Below, in pieces: positions 23,931 through 34,976 of a stretch of DNA of 43,189 bases. The notes beneath the pieces are model-generated. The model saw only the letters and a program-made list of their open reading frames with translations. It ran no database searches and was not told the origin of the DNA. The stretch comes from Trypethelium eluteriae. Its lineage: Eukaryota. The stretch lies in NCBI GenBank assembly GCA_051942245.1, contig JAVECL010000148.1, positions 1 to 43,189 on the forward strand. Direction: 5' to 3'. How positions within the stretch are numbered: the stretch's first letter is position 1; each line of letters opens with the position of its first letter. The translations under genes and the position numbers were made by a program.

Positions 23931-25202
23931 TCAACCCATCTGTGTGTCCTGTAGTGAGAAAGTGTCCGGCACCTGCTGCTGTGTAGATCCTGTCGCATTG
24001 GCCTGTGCTCGACCTGTAAGGGAGTCAGCATCGCTGATTGAATGTGCTCACTGGCATTTTCGTAACGTGTTTCGGAGTCGTACTTATCCCGAGCTCTGCA
24101 CGTATCCGTTCATGGCCGCAGTAGCTTGCGGTACGGTCTATCACTTACCATTCACACGCCGAGCTGCTTCAAGTGAGAGAATGCCAGGTGCAAAGCTGTT
24201 TTGGCGCCGAGATTCTGGGAATGAGTCTTGACATAGATATTCTTTCTCTAGATTGATGAATTGCATTTGTTCCATCGCTCGTGCATATTCGGCGAACGAC
24301 GAAGGAATACCTCGGAATGTAATAGGCTTCGTACCGTGTGGACTCCTACTTTGGTTTGAGGAAGAGTGGTTTGAGAATTGGTCGAATACTTCTGCACCGT
24401 ACTGCAATGGAAATCGGTTCAGCCTTTCGGGTGCTAAATGGCCAGCGTTGACAAATCTTGGGCCTCTGTCTGCGTCTCTGTGCATTTCTCCTGCTCGCTC
24501 TAGGTTTCTCATCATGACATGTTCAAGTTGTTGATGCTTAGAACCCTGACGCACGCCAATCCAAAGCTCACCCGGGGTGTAAGACAGATGGATAATCTTG
24601 TATTCATTGGTGTTGCACTGGTGATCTGTGCCAGCATCTTGCGTGAGGCGCCACTGTGCGAGCTTGGTTTCGGCTGATTTGACAAGGCTTTGCATATCAA
24701 GAGGGTTTCCGTCGGCGCGCCTCTTTCGAGAGCCTGTAACGAGGGTTGAGGCAGCTGCTTGGCAAGCACTCACGAGCTTTGGGTTAATGATGTCCCCATT
24801 ATTGGTTGTAATGGTAATGAGGTTATGAAACTTTTCCCTATGCTTATCATAGAGCTCACCCGAAACCGTGTTGGCTTCGCACCATCTCCGATAAATGTGC
24901 TGGTAGGTTGGACCAGATCTCGTAACTCCACAGTCGATGTTGAAAGACATTCCGGGCGGGCAGAAGACTGTTTTCCCATTTCCGAGACCCTCTTTTTCGT
25001 CAAGGCACAACGAGCGGAACAAGTGGTAGATGCAGCCATAAGTTGACATGAAGCGTAGAGCGCCTCCGCCGATGTCAGCAGCCTCTACTAATCTTTCATC
25101 GATGGGCTCCCATACAAAGTCACTTGCACCACCTGCAGGGGGCACTGCGCAGGGAACATTGGAAGGTAGCAAGTGATGGTGACGCTGCAAGACCGGCTGC
25201 AT
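23931..25202 (-). CDS. Hypothetical protein (~380 aa)
   Basis: A 353-codon ATG ORF ends at a GTAAGT donor (24148). GCTGAC branch and CAG acceptor at 24014 give a last exon RAQANATGSTQQQVPDTFSLQDTQMG*. Confidence 0.65.
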
Positions 25203-25794
25203 TGGTAAGAGCCTATAGAGATGCAGTTCAAGGGACTCTATCGCGTGCTGTTCTTTGTGAAGGGAGGCCTAGATCACAACTTGGAGTTTGCGTCTTGTTG
25301 ACAGTTGCGAGATGGGAAGGCGCGTCAAGATTGCCGGTCGCGTTTTGAGGGGGGGGGAGGGAACTGAAGATAGGCAAGAATTAGTCAGGCCTTCAGCAAC
25401 AAGATGAAGTAGACCTGTGTCGGACTGGATCACTGAACCATGGTGTGATTGTATTTCACTGAATGGTTAGTGTCGAGTTAAAGTGATGGTTTCCTCTTTC
25501 GGATATCCCATTAAAGAAAGGCGGTTGGTTCGCTTGAAGTGAGTGATTAATGGCTCTTTACAATACGGCAGTCGCTATCTGATTACGAAATGTCGAGCAC
25601 TCTCATGCTCCGTCGTCTGAACCTTGAGAGAGGAGTAGTAGCGTGCGAAAAAAAACTCCAACCCATGCAGAATCCAACTCTAGTGTAACATGCGCCCGAT
25701 CGAGTGCGCAACGCCGAGCGAACTTTGCGCCGAGGTGCCCTACTATTCTATTGAAGGAAGATTTAAAGTCCTACTTGTCGTCGCCTTCTGTCTG

Positions 25795-26526
25795 CTAGAA
25801 TAAAACCTTCCGAGTCACCTAAAGAGAGCCAAAGATTAGCAGTTATCCAGGTTACCACTTTGATGGTGCACGTACTGCCCAAGCGCCTGCAACTGTCGCC
25901 GCTAAGCCTCCTGATATCATCATAGGCCTCACACCTCGTGTACTCTTGAACAGCATACCGCTCAGCGCTCCCGCCAGGATGCTGTTCGTGGCGTCGTGCT
26001 TTCCCCTGTAATAACCTATCGTTGAATTGACCCCGTTGTATACCATCGCAATGACACCAGCCGAGTTGCCCAAGAAGGGGCCTCTTCGCGTGATTGCGTT
26101 CAGTGCAGAATTCAGCTTCAGCTTGGGTGACGCTGATGCCGGTGCTTTGTTGAGACCCTCCACTAAGCCCCATGTGCCTCCTATTGTCAGGGCGCTGAGA
26201 TATGTCACACCAGTACCATAACATAAATCATCCGACCAGCCGCGTGAGGGTAATGCTGACCTTGACCCAGGAAGGTCTGAAAGAGCGGATTCTTCGAGGG
26301 ATAGGTAGTCGAGAGTGTCTTGGTTCAGGCCGGCAAGAGGATGAAGCTGAGACGGGTCAAAGGTATTGGGCCCGCTCAAGAAGGAGGAGACATCTTGCGC
26401 GGTCGTCGGATCAAAGCTCTGCGGCCGAAAGGCATCTGTCGGGTCCTGCAAGGTTGCAGTGGAGGAAGGGGAGGACGAAGTGTTCTGAGATGATTTGCGG
26501 CCGGTCAAGGAGTCCCAGATGGTCAT
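25795..26526 (-). CDS. TIM23: Mitochondrial inner membrane translocase subunit Tim23
   Basis: LHPLAGL, LPSRGWSDDLCYGTG, LNAITRRGPFLGNSAGV and RGKHD motifs. Intron 25875-25819, last exon VTRKVLF*. Confidence 0.96.
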
Positions 26527-26716
26527 TATGAGTTGCAGAAAGAAGAACTAACACAAGAGCGACTTCTAGATGGCGGCCAAGATACACCCTGGGTTTTGTG
26601 CTGAAGGTTGATGGACAAAATACTAAACCTCCCTGGCGCTGTAAAGGCAACTTTTTTCGACGAAGTCCGCGGGTCGTGTCCCAAAGCGGGTTAGGGCGTA
26701 TCGTCTCAAACGTATG

Positions 26717-26739
26717 TATCACCATATCACCATATCACC
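26717..26739. repeat. Tandem 8-mer (TATCACCA) x ~3 in the TIM23/TRM732 divergent promoter
   Basis: Sequence reads tatcacca tatcacca tatcacc. Confidence 0.8.
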
Positions 26740-26905
26740 TTGCCCCAGTCCTCCGCTCCCCACAACACGACTTCCTCGACATAAACATCTCATATCCAGG
26801 TTATCAGCTAAGCAAGAAATAAGCATGTCTTCCATCCGATAATCGAAATCACCCTTCATTAAGACAGCTCTCCACTGTCTGCCCACACAGAAATCATACT
26901 CCCAC

Positions 26906-29900
26906 ATGGAATGCATCCAAAAAATGGAGAAAGACTTAGATTCCTCCAGCAACCCTTTGACAGAAGAAGAGCTGCGGGAGCTGACCCAGGACTTCAGCCG
27001 CATCTTGCCTGACAATCTGAGTCCATCTGATGAAAATCGAACAGCAGTGTAAGGATTCATCGTCTTATGCCCCACTTCCTTCCAAGGATGCGTAGAAAGC
27101 GCGGAATATCTATACTGCAGCCCTGGTCCCCTCTCTAGTAGCCGGACAGAATACTACTTCACTTATTTGAGGTGAGAATAGTTTCAATTGAAAGGCTTAC
27201 TTCGATCCGATGGACACCCTGCCATCCAATATAGGTTGTGGTGTGATCCCACAAACAAGATCGTGAAGATCTTAGAGTGAAGAGAGTCCCTGCAACGTTC
27301 TTTCCTCCTTTCATGTTCGTTGATGGTACTTAACCGTTTCATTGATCCGGACGTTAACTGCAATTCAGGATCGTTTCGTTACGTATTCGTCAAATCCTTT
27401 CTACTGTTCGACTCTTGGATATCTCATCCAGTCACCGAGCGGCGGCGACGAATGCCCTGTGTGGAATAATCGAACGATGCGAAGCCTCCAAGTCTTCGTC
27501 TCTTTGCTCCCTCGTGCAATCCAATGATTTCTGGATCTTGGGTTTTGGCGTGTTCCTGCAATGGTCCCACGCTGCCAAGGGTAAATCCATGAGACAATTA
27601 CTCCTCGCACTAGGCAGGTCTCTCAACAACCTTCAACCCTCCGAAAAACATGCTCTTGTGGATCAAGCTCTAACAAATGTATTCAATATCACCTTCAAGG
27701 AAAAGGAGGCCTTACAAGCCAAAGCTGGCTTGCATACGCTGGAGCTTTTCCTCTCTAGGGACATCGTCTCTTTGCCGTTGCTGCTGGAATCGTTTCAGCA
27801 GTGGACCGCTTCGAACATCGACTCCTCTTTAGAAAGTCACAGTCGAAAATTTACTACTAAAATATTGATCTTTGTCTGTTTGCAGTGGCTTGCCAATGCA
27901 GATAAAACTGCTGCAGCCGCTCACTTGACTTGTACCCTCTGTGAAAAGGCTTCAATCATCGAACGAGAGGATGGTTCATCTGGCTACCCCGATGAAGAAA
28001 CTCCTGTTTGGGCAGAACCGGTAATCGCCGTCGTCCGTCGTTCCGCTGACGTAATCAAACCGCTGCAGAACCATGTCTTCCCGACTATTTTCAGACGGAG
28101 AGCTCTGGATGTAGCCCTATTCCTCCGTCTGTTAAAGTATGGAGCCCATCCTGGTCTTGATCCACAATCGGAAGGGGTGGCATTCGGTGCAAGACCGGAC
28201 AATGACAATGATAACGACACCGCTCTTCTGTATGCAGCTTTACAGACGGGCAAAGACATTGGGATTATTCATGAAGTGGAAGCAGGCCAATCTTGCGACA
28301 TTCAAGAACGCCACGGACGTGTCAACCTGCCGGATGCATGCTTCAGGGAGCTAATGTCGGATGTCTCACCGATGAAAAGACTTGCTGGACTTTCTCTCCT
28401 GGTCACTTCCGCATCGATTTCGCGACCTTTTACGGTCACAGCGCTGAAATGTCTCCGCAAGAACATGCCAAGCTTCCATGTCGATCCCGATGCCAAATTT
28501 CGGACTGAGATGCTTAACCTGGTCCAAAGACTAATTGACCGGCTTCGAGCGGTGACCTCGGGTTTAAGCCGGTATCGTTCTTCGCGGACCCGCTATGGCT
28601 GCACCAAGCATAATTCCGAGGATGTGTCGGAAACCCCTGTGAATGGTCAAAATTCTGCATTACAACTGCATATCGAGTTCATTCATTGGTATCGAAAATT
28701 CCTAACATCCGAGTTGAGACCGACAGCGCCTTATCAAAGACGTATATCGTCCTTGAAAGCCTTTCTCATCTTGCTCAAATCCGGTTTGGATCTTTCCGTG
28801 CCTATCAGAGACCTGTCGAAGCAAGCTCAAGGACAGATCCAATGGCCCATCCACATGAATTTACTGGACGACAACTTAGTGCAATTGACACTTAATCTAC
28901 TCATGGACCCTTACGATGACGTCAGATCCTGTGCCGCAACAATCCTGGCATTCGCCACCAACGCACAGTCTGGACGAGCTGGATGTCTGGAGATTGATGA
29001 ACTGAGTCTATTCTTGTCTCAAGCCGAGACTTTGATGTTGAGCAGTGGACGCGCAGACCATGGGGATGGCATGGCTCGGACTTATGCTTTGCTTTACGCA
29101 CATCCTGGCATCTCTTTCACGTTGCAATCTACGGTGGCTCTGCAGCTCCCCCTAAACTCGTCCGTCTCAAGGATCAGAATTTTAGAGCGGCTAGTAAATT
29201 CCGTACAAGAAAGCATCAATGTTACGAGACGCAACTTTGCCCAAGCCATTGATGCCCACCCGATGCATGGTGCCCTAGCAGGGCTGAGGTAAGGACAGCC
29301 CCATGACTTTATCGCCGTCACTCATCTTTCGAAGGTATATCATAGAAAGTTTCTCCCGCACCCATCACAATGTCGATGATCAAGATAATCCACTGCACCC
29401 AGCATTTGAAGAGATGCATAGACGCACTGTGGCAATTCTGCAAGCAGTCTGGAAATGTGTGCGAGAGGTACTCTGTGATGACGCCCCAGAGGGGCATATA
29501 CCAGACAACTTTGAAGACACCGATTCGGATACGAAGAGTATCTTGAGCTTCTGTTGGAGGGCCTTGAAAGAAGCAAGGTAACCACCAAAAATGCCACCCA
29601 CGACGAGCCGCTGATCAATAGCTGCAGCCTGCTTTTACAAGCACTAGTCAACAGAAGAACATCGGGGTTCCAGTCTGATTTCAGCCCGGGCGAACAGCAA
29701 GAACTACTGGAGTTAGGGAATTTATGCTTCGAACAACTGGTGGAGCTGAGGCACCGCGGCGCTTTCTCGACCGTGGCGCAAGCATTTGCCACTTGTTGCA
29801 TGCGTTGTGGCGACTGTGTAGAACCAAGCGTACGAGGTTATCTGGACGTCTGGTATAAGGTATGACAACATCTGCTTCTGCACTGGCCACGGGATTTAAC

Positions 29901-32463
29901 TTGTCTCAGCAAACACTGATCGCTATCCGAAATCAAGCATCCGTAACTACCCGGCGGTCCGCTGGCATTCCTTCACTCGTCACAAGTATCCTGAGCGCTG
30001 ATCCTACACAAATACGAATTGCCGAAGTGATCAAAGACCTCGAGAGAGAAGCCAGAGCCGACCAGATAGATCCAGCCGTTGGTGGTACTGAGCTTTCGCA
30101 GGTTCACGCGTTAAATTGCCTAAAGGACATCTTTCGCACCACAAGACTTGGCCAAAAGTCGGAACGCTACATCGAAACAGGCTTTGATCTCGTTGGGCAT
30201 TGCCTAAATTCAGATACGTAAGTTATTCTCGAGGCATACTATCAGCCTTTAGCTAATTCTTTGAAGCTGGGCAATTCGAAACTGTGGCCTCATGCTCTTT
30301 CGGGCTCTTATCGATCGCCTACTTGGGACAAACGAAAGTCAACTTCCAGATGAGCCCATTGTCGCTAGCCACTCCAGAATCTCATTTGGTAAGTATCCAA
30401 AGGTACTTGATATAATCCTTAGGTTCTTGAAGGCCAGCCATGCTACCCTCGCTGCTGGACATGATCTTGCAACTGGGCAGTATTGGCAACAGGGAACTAC
30501 GGAAAATGTGTTTCCGGTCTTTTATATCCTCCAAAGAGCACTACCCCCTCGAAATCATGTTGTCGAGATACAAAATCTGGTCCTTTCCCTCACAGCAAGC
30601 CCACAATGGATCGTACGAGATATGGCTGCCAGGACGTTTGCCGCGCTTGTCGCTACGAACACCTCAGTGGATACACTTCAAAGCGTCTTGATGCCTCCAA
30701 TTGTGAGTCAGAATAGTCTGCATGGGAGGCTATTAGCCGCCAAGTATACCATCCGCACACGCCTTTACTTCGCAGCGCTCGACGCTCGACACAAGGATGA
30801 ATTCGCATTGCTGAACAAAGCTTCTCGTTCAAGTACTTCAGAGGTTACAATACTCTTACGATTAATGGAGCGGCGGTTCGCGGAACTATATCTGCACAAT
30901 CCATGTCCAATTACGAAGGCTGTTTACGTCGAATGTATATCCTTATTTGCGCCTTTCGAGGATATCACATCGTTACGGACGCTTTTTGTCGATGACATAA
31001 AGGGAAGGCAGATGAGAGCTTGTGATAGCCTACTCTGGAGGTCTGTGGAAGCCTTGATCCAGGAGTATCCGCCTACAGACAAGGACTTTTCCATCCCCCA
31101 CACCAAAGAGGGCGAAAAAATTCCTCCTGTGACCCAATTTGAAGTCACACAAACTCTTGGTACTGTACCAACACCACCTTCATCGCCAAAGACAAGACTC
31201 GTGCTTCGAATAGATGTCAAAAAATTCGCGATGCTTGAATCGCAGCTTCTTTCCACCATAGATCCTTTGGAACGGGCAGCGCTCGTCGAGGTTCTTGCGA
31301 GACTTCTCTGCAAAATGCGGGAAAGCCATGCGGGTACTGCTCTTTTGAGGTCAACTCAGCCGAAACTTGGTCTTGGATTTCTTATCAATGGTGTGACAAA
31401 TCTATCATCTGAAGAATCAGTTTTGCAACTCTGCGGCTTCTATCTGGAGACTGAATTGCTAAACCCCGAAACGGACAATTCCATGGAGCAGCTTCACGTG
31501 ATTTGTCACCGTTTACGATATGCTATACACGACCTTAAGCCCCTGTCGATCCGTGGAGCAGTCGCGACTGCCCTCTCTTTCCTGCATACATCGTGGGTTT
31601 CTCCTTATTACCCAACAGTCAGACTTTGGCTGCACTTGATCCTTCAGGATATTTTGGAAGATGATGACGAGGACATTCGAAACCTAGCTTCTCTCTCCGT
31701 CGCCCACATCCTATTAGCAGAGAGAGGATCACGGAGTGTCGAGTATAAAGTCTCTTCAGTCGCGAAGAAACAGCACTGTGACTACTTATTACGGACTTAC
31801 GATCGAGAGGAGGAGCTAAAGTCTCTGCTTTTCTACTTTGTCGCCAAGCTAACAGGGAGCAATATTGACTCCGCTGTGCATCGCTCGCAGCTCTTGGCTA
31901 TTTCGGTCGCGAATGTATTTGCTCGCAATATTCGTCGGAGAATTGCCCTATTTGACCAAGAAGATCAAAACCTATACCGAGATCAAACCCTGGAATACGC
32001 GTGTTGTGCCTACATGATCGAGAAACTTTGCCGAATACTCCAGAATCAAGGGAGTTCCCTTGAAGAGCCGATGGGATACCTGTCGAGCTGGGTTATGGAT
32101 GGTCTTACGACTCTTACGTCCTCCATGAAGCTTGACGCGAATGATGGCCAAGATCCATCAGAGGGCCCGCTGGGATGGACATATTCTAAGGAGACTTTTG
32201 CGCTCAGTTATGGTGTACTGCGTGCATCGTGGCTGTTGTTGGCCTGGAGGTTGAAATCCCGACAAGGTCCAGTAAAGGCATCGTGGATCAAAAAGGGTCT
32301 TTTCGAATTTCTGGTAGCGGCGGAACAGAGTAATGCCAACCCGCTTTTGGTAGAAATGACGAAAAGGACTATCACAGAAGGCTGCAGGTTGACTTTCCAA
32401 GTCTTGGACCGAAAGATCGAGGCAACACTGGGCTGCGGATTGATAAGACTTATGTATAGGTAG
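26906..32463 (+). CDS. TRM732: THADA/Trm732 armadillo-repeat protein (DUF2428), tRNA 2'-O-methylation cofactor of Trm7
   Basis: CDDAPEGH, SFCWRALKEAS, LRHRGAFS, TRRSAGIP, QVHALNCLKDIF and WAIRNCGLMLF motifs. Introns 27049-27368, 29289-29334, 29578-29627, 29860-29909 and 30218-30266. The start codon and first exon are less certain. Confidence 0.9.
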
Positions 32464-33090
32464 GCCAGCGAGCGAAGACTTACACCGACGAATGATGGTC
32501 ATCTGGCACGACACATGTGGTCCCGCTGTCACACTGGACTGTAACGAAAACACACAAAACCTTCTAAACTTACAATCAGATCACTCATCTTGCAATTCAC
32601 TGATGTCAGGGTTCGCCCGCGTTTCTAGGAGGTGACGTTGTCTGTCTATAACACGCAACTGACGCGAGCCTATCTCCCTTTCAAAGCAACACTCATCACA
32701 ACAAACATCGCGCTTCTCCGCCCCCAGTGTGCTAGATATCCTTTGTCTCCCCGGTTTTGTCCCTGAACAGCATTTGGCTCTGTAGGTACAGGATCGGCTG
32801 CGCACCATATTCTACGGGCTCAAGACGGAACACGACGCCTCTTTCTCGCTTGCGGTGTCCACGGGCATACTCTACCTTATCCGCGTTGCCCTCTCCACCG
32901 CACAATCGTGTACTGCAGTCAGTGAGTTCGCATTGTAGGCCACCTGCCCCCGATCATATTTTGCATGTTGTCCAGCCCTAATCTATCTAGGTACTCGACC
33001 AGACACCTACATTCCAGTCATTTTCAGCGCAAGCTCCTTATCAACTTCTCCTCTTTACGACATACCCCAGCACGCCTAACTACTGCAACC

Positions 33091-33252
33091 ATGCGCGGCA
33101 CGACGGCTGTCATTGTCATTCTGATCTGCATGGTCCTCTTGGCTATCATCATCTACTTGATGTGGAAACTGGTGATGGATTGGGAGATTAGGCTTTATGC
33201 CGACAAAGTAAACCAAGCACGAGAGCAAGGCGGCGAGACAGAAGCGGGTTAG
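33091..33252 (+). CDS. 53-aa single-pass membrane microprotein
   Basis: CAACCATG start context and a hydrophobic segment AVIVILICMVLLAIIIYLMW. Probable 5'UTR intron GTGAGT(32922)...CTAAT...TAG(32990). Confidence 0.6.
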   Translation: MRGTTAVIVILICMVLLAIIIYLMWKLVMDWEIRLYADKVNQAREQGGETEAG

Positions 33253-34175
33253 GTCAATGGCCTTTGTCCCCTTCGAAGGTGAAGGAAGATAGGCTGCTGC
33301 TTGAGGACGTAATATAGTTGTCAGGTGCATGGGGCTGGAATTAATCGTGCAGCCCGCCTTTCGGTCTACCTATTCAGAATGAATACTTTGACATGATTGT
33401 GTTCTGTTGAGCCTCTAATAGTGAACCTTGTACGTAGACATATACATAAGTTCGTAACAAAAGTCTAAGATTTCATTGGTAGGAGCTTCGCGTAGGAAGA
33501 TGGCCAATAAGGGAAACCAAAGACCGAGTTCTCAGTCTCTAGAAGCCCTCAAAGATCGCCACTGTCGTCCACTTCACATGACTTCTTAGCAAGGTTTTAG
33601 TACGGCACTCCAAGGTTTGCGATATCTAGTAGTTGCGCATTTCCTGGACTCTACCACTCTAAGTTGATGAAGACTCAGCCAGCACCACCTTCTCTGCCGG
33701 CCTGTATGGACAGTGATAAACGACAGCAGCGACCAAGAAAAGTCACCACAGGATCCGTATTCTCGCTGAGTCTCTGTATCTCTGCACCCGGGAAATCACC
33801 TAGAAGAACAAATTCTAATATAGTCTGACAGATATATTTCGCAGAAATCAATTCGACCTAACGGCCATTCATACTTATGCCATTCCCGGCTGGCCGCATG
33901 CTGAACGACTGGCGTTACATCTACTCTGGTACTAGCCTGCAGAATGTTTGCCCATATCGAACGTCACTCTAAGCTTTCATTGCACAAATGATCCACAAAT
34001 GATCCTCCACAACCAGGGGCCGAACACTTTCTGCTAATCGGCCTCAAGGTGGGCAAACAATGTCCACTCAACCCTCATCCCTCTTGCCCCCTTCTTGCTT
34101 CCTTCCTTCAGCTTTCTCATCGTTCCAACCCGAAAGGCCCTCTCTGAACATGCACCTGGACATCAAACTAACAGA

Positions 34176-34976
34176 ATGACAACTTTGCCGCCCTATCCCC
34201 GTCCAGCCACTACCCCCCTCTCCACTGCCATCCCTCTCGCCGTCTCCCTCGCCGCCGTCGTCTTCCTCGTCCTAGCCTACCTCCACCACTGCTGGTTACG
34301 CCGAACCCATCCCCGGCCATGTCTGGTTTACGAGAGCAGCTCAGACGAGTCCCTCTCGCCCGTTCGTATACACGATCATCGGCGGAGAACAACAGCAGAG
34401 CGATCTCGAGGCGGGAGGAGCCAAGCAGCAAGAGACCATGGGGCGCGACGGCGAGGCCAGCAAGAAGTGACGGCTGAGGAACCTCGCTGGTGGCGATGGC
34501 GACGCTGCCGACATCCCCACGCGTACTGTCGGACGTGCGAGGCGCGGCGGGAAAGAGATCTTGAGATGGGGGAGGAGAAGGTGCGGCGGCCGCGACCTAC
34601 ATACATGCCAGCGTACGTGCGTTCACGTACGGTACACGGGGGTAGCCCCTGGCGGTGGACCAGCAATGAAAATGGCCATCAATATGAGTTTGGGGCTGGA
34701 GATGGGGAAGAGGATGGACCTGGGGGGAACTGGCGAGGACAGGAAGTCGCAGGCGCGAAAGACGAGCAGTGGAGAGGAGCGCAGCGAAGGCGAGAAGAGC
34801 AGACAGGATATGGTGCTAATAGAGGACGAGCAAGGATGGCGAGAGGAGGGGATGGAAGAATGTCGCAGAAAGGCAAGGATGATCGGGATGAGAGGAGGCA
34901 TGGAAACCAGAATTGGAAGGCGTTGCAGTGGCAGTACTATGGGAGGAATGGTACTGGGGCAGACGAAGGTATGTGA
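34176..34976 (+). CDS. Single-pass membrane protein with Arg/Gly-rich disordered tail
   Basis: ATG 34176 directly follows a CTAACAG acceptor-like site. TM segment AIPLAVSLAAVVFLVLAYL, and a C-R-H-P-H-x2-CRTC Cys/His cluster. Confidence 0.6.
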   Translation: MTTLPPYPRPATTPLSTAIPLAVSLAAVVFLVLAYLHHCWLRRTHPRPCLVYESSSDESLSPVRIHDHRRRTTAERSRGGRSQAARDHGARRRGQQEVTAEEPRWWRWRRCRHPHAYCRTCEARRERDLEMGEEKVRRPRPTYMPAYVRSRTVHGGSPWRWTSNENGHQYEFGAGDGEEDGPGGNWRGQEVAGAKDEQWRGAQRRREEQTGYGANRGRARMARGGDGRMSQKGKDDRDERRHGNQNWKALQWQYYGRNGTGADEGM

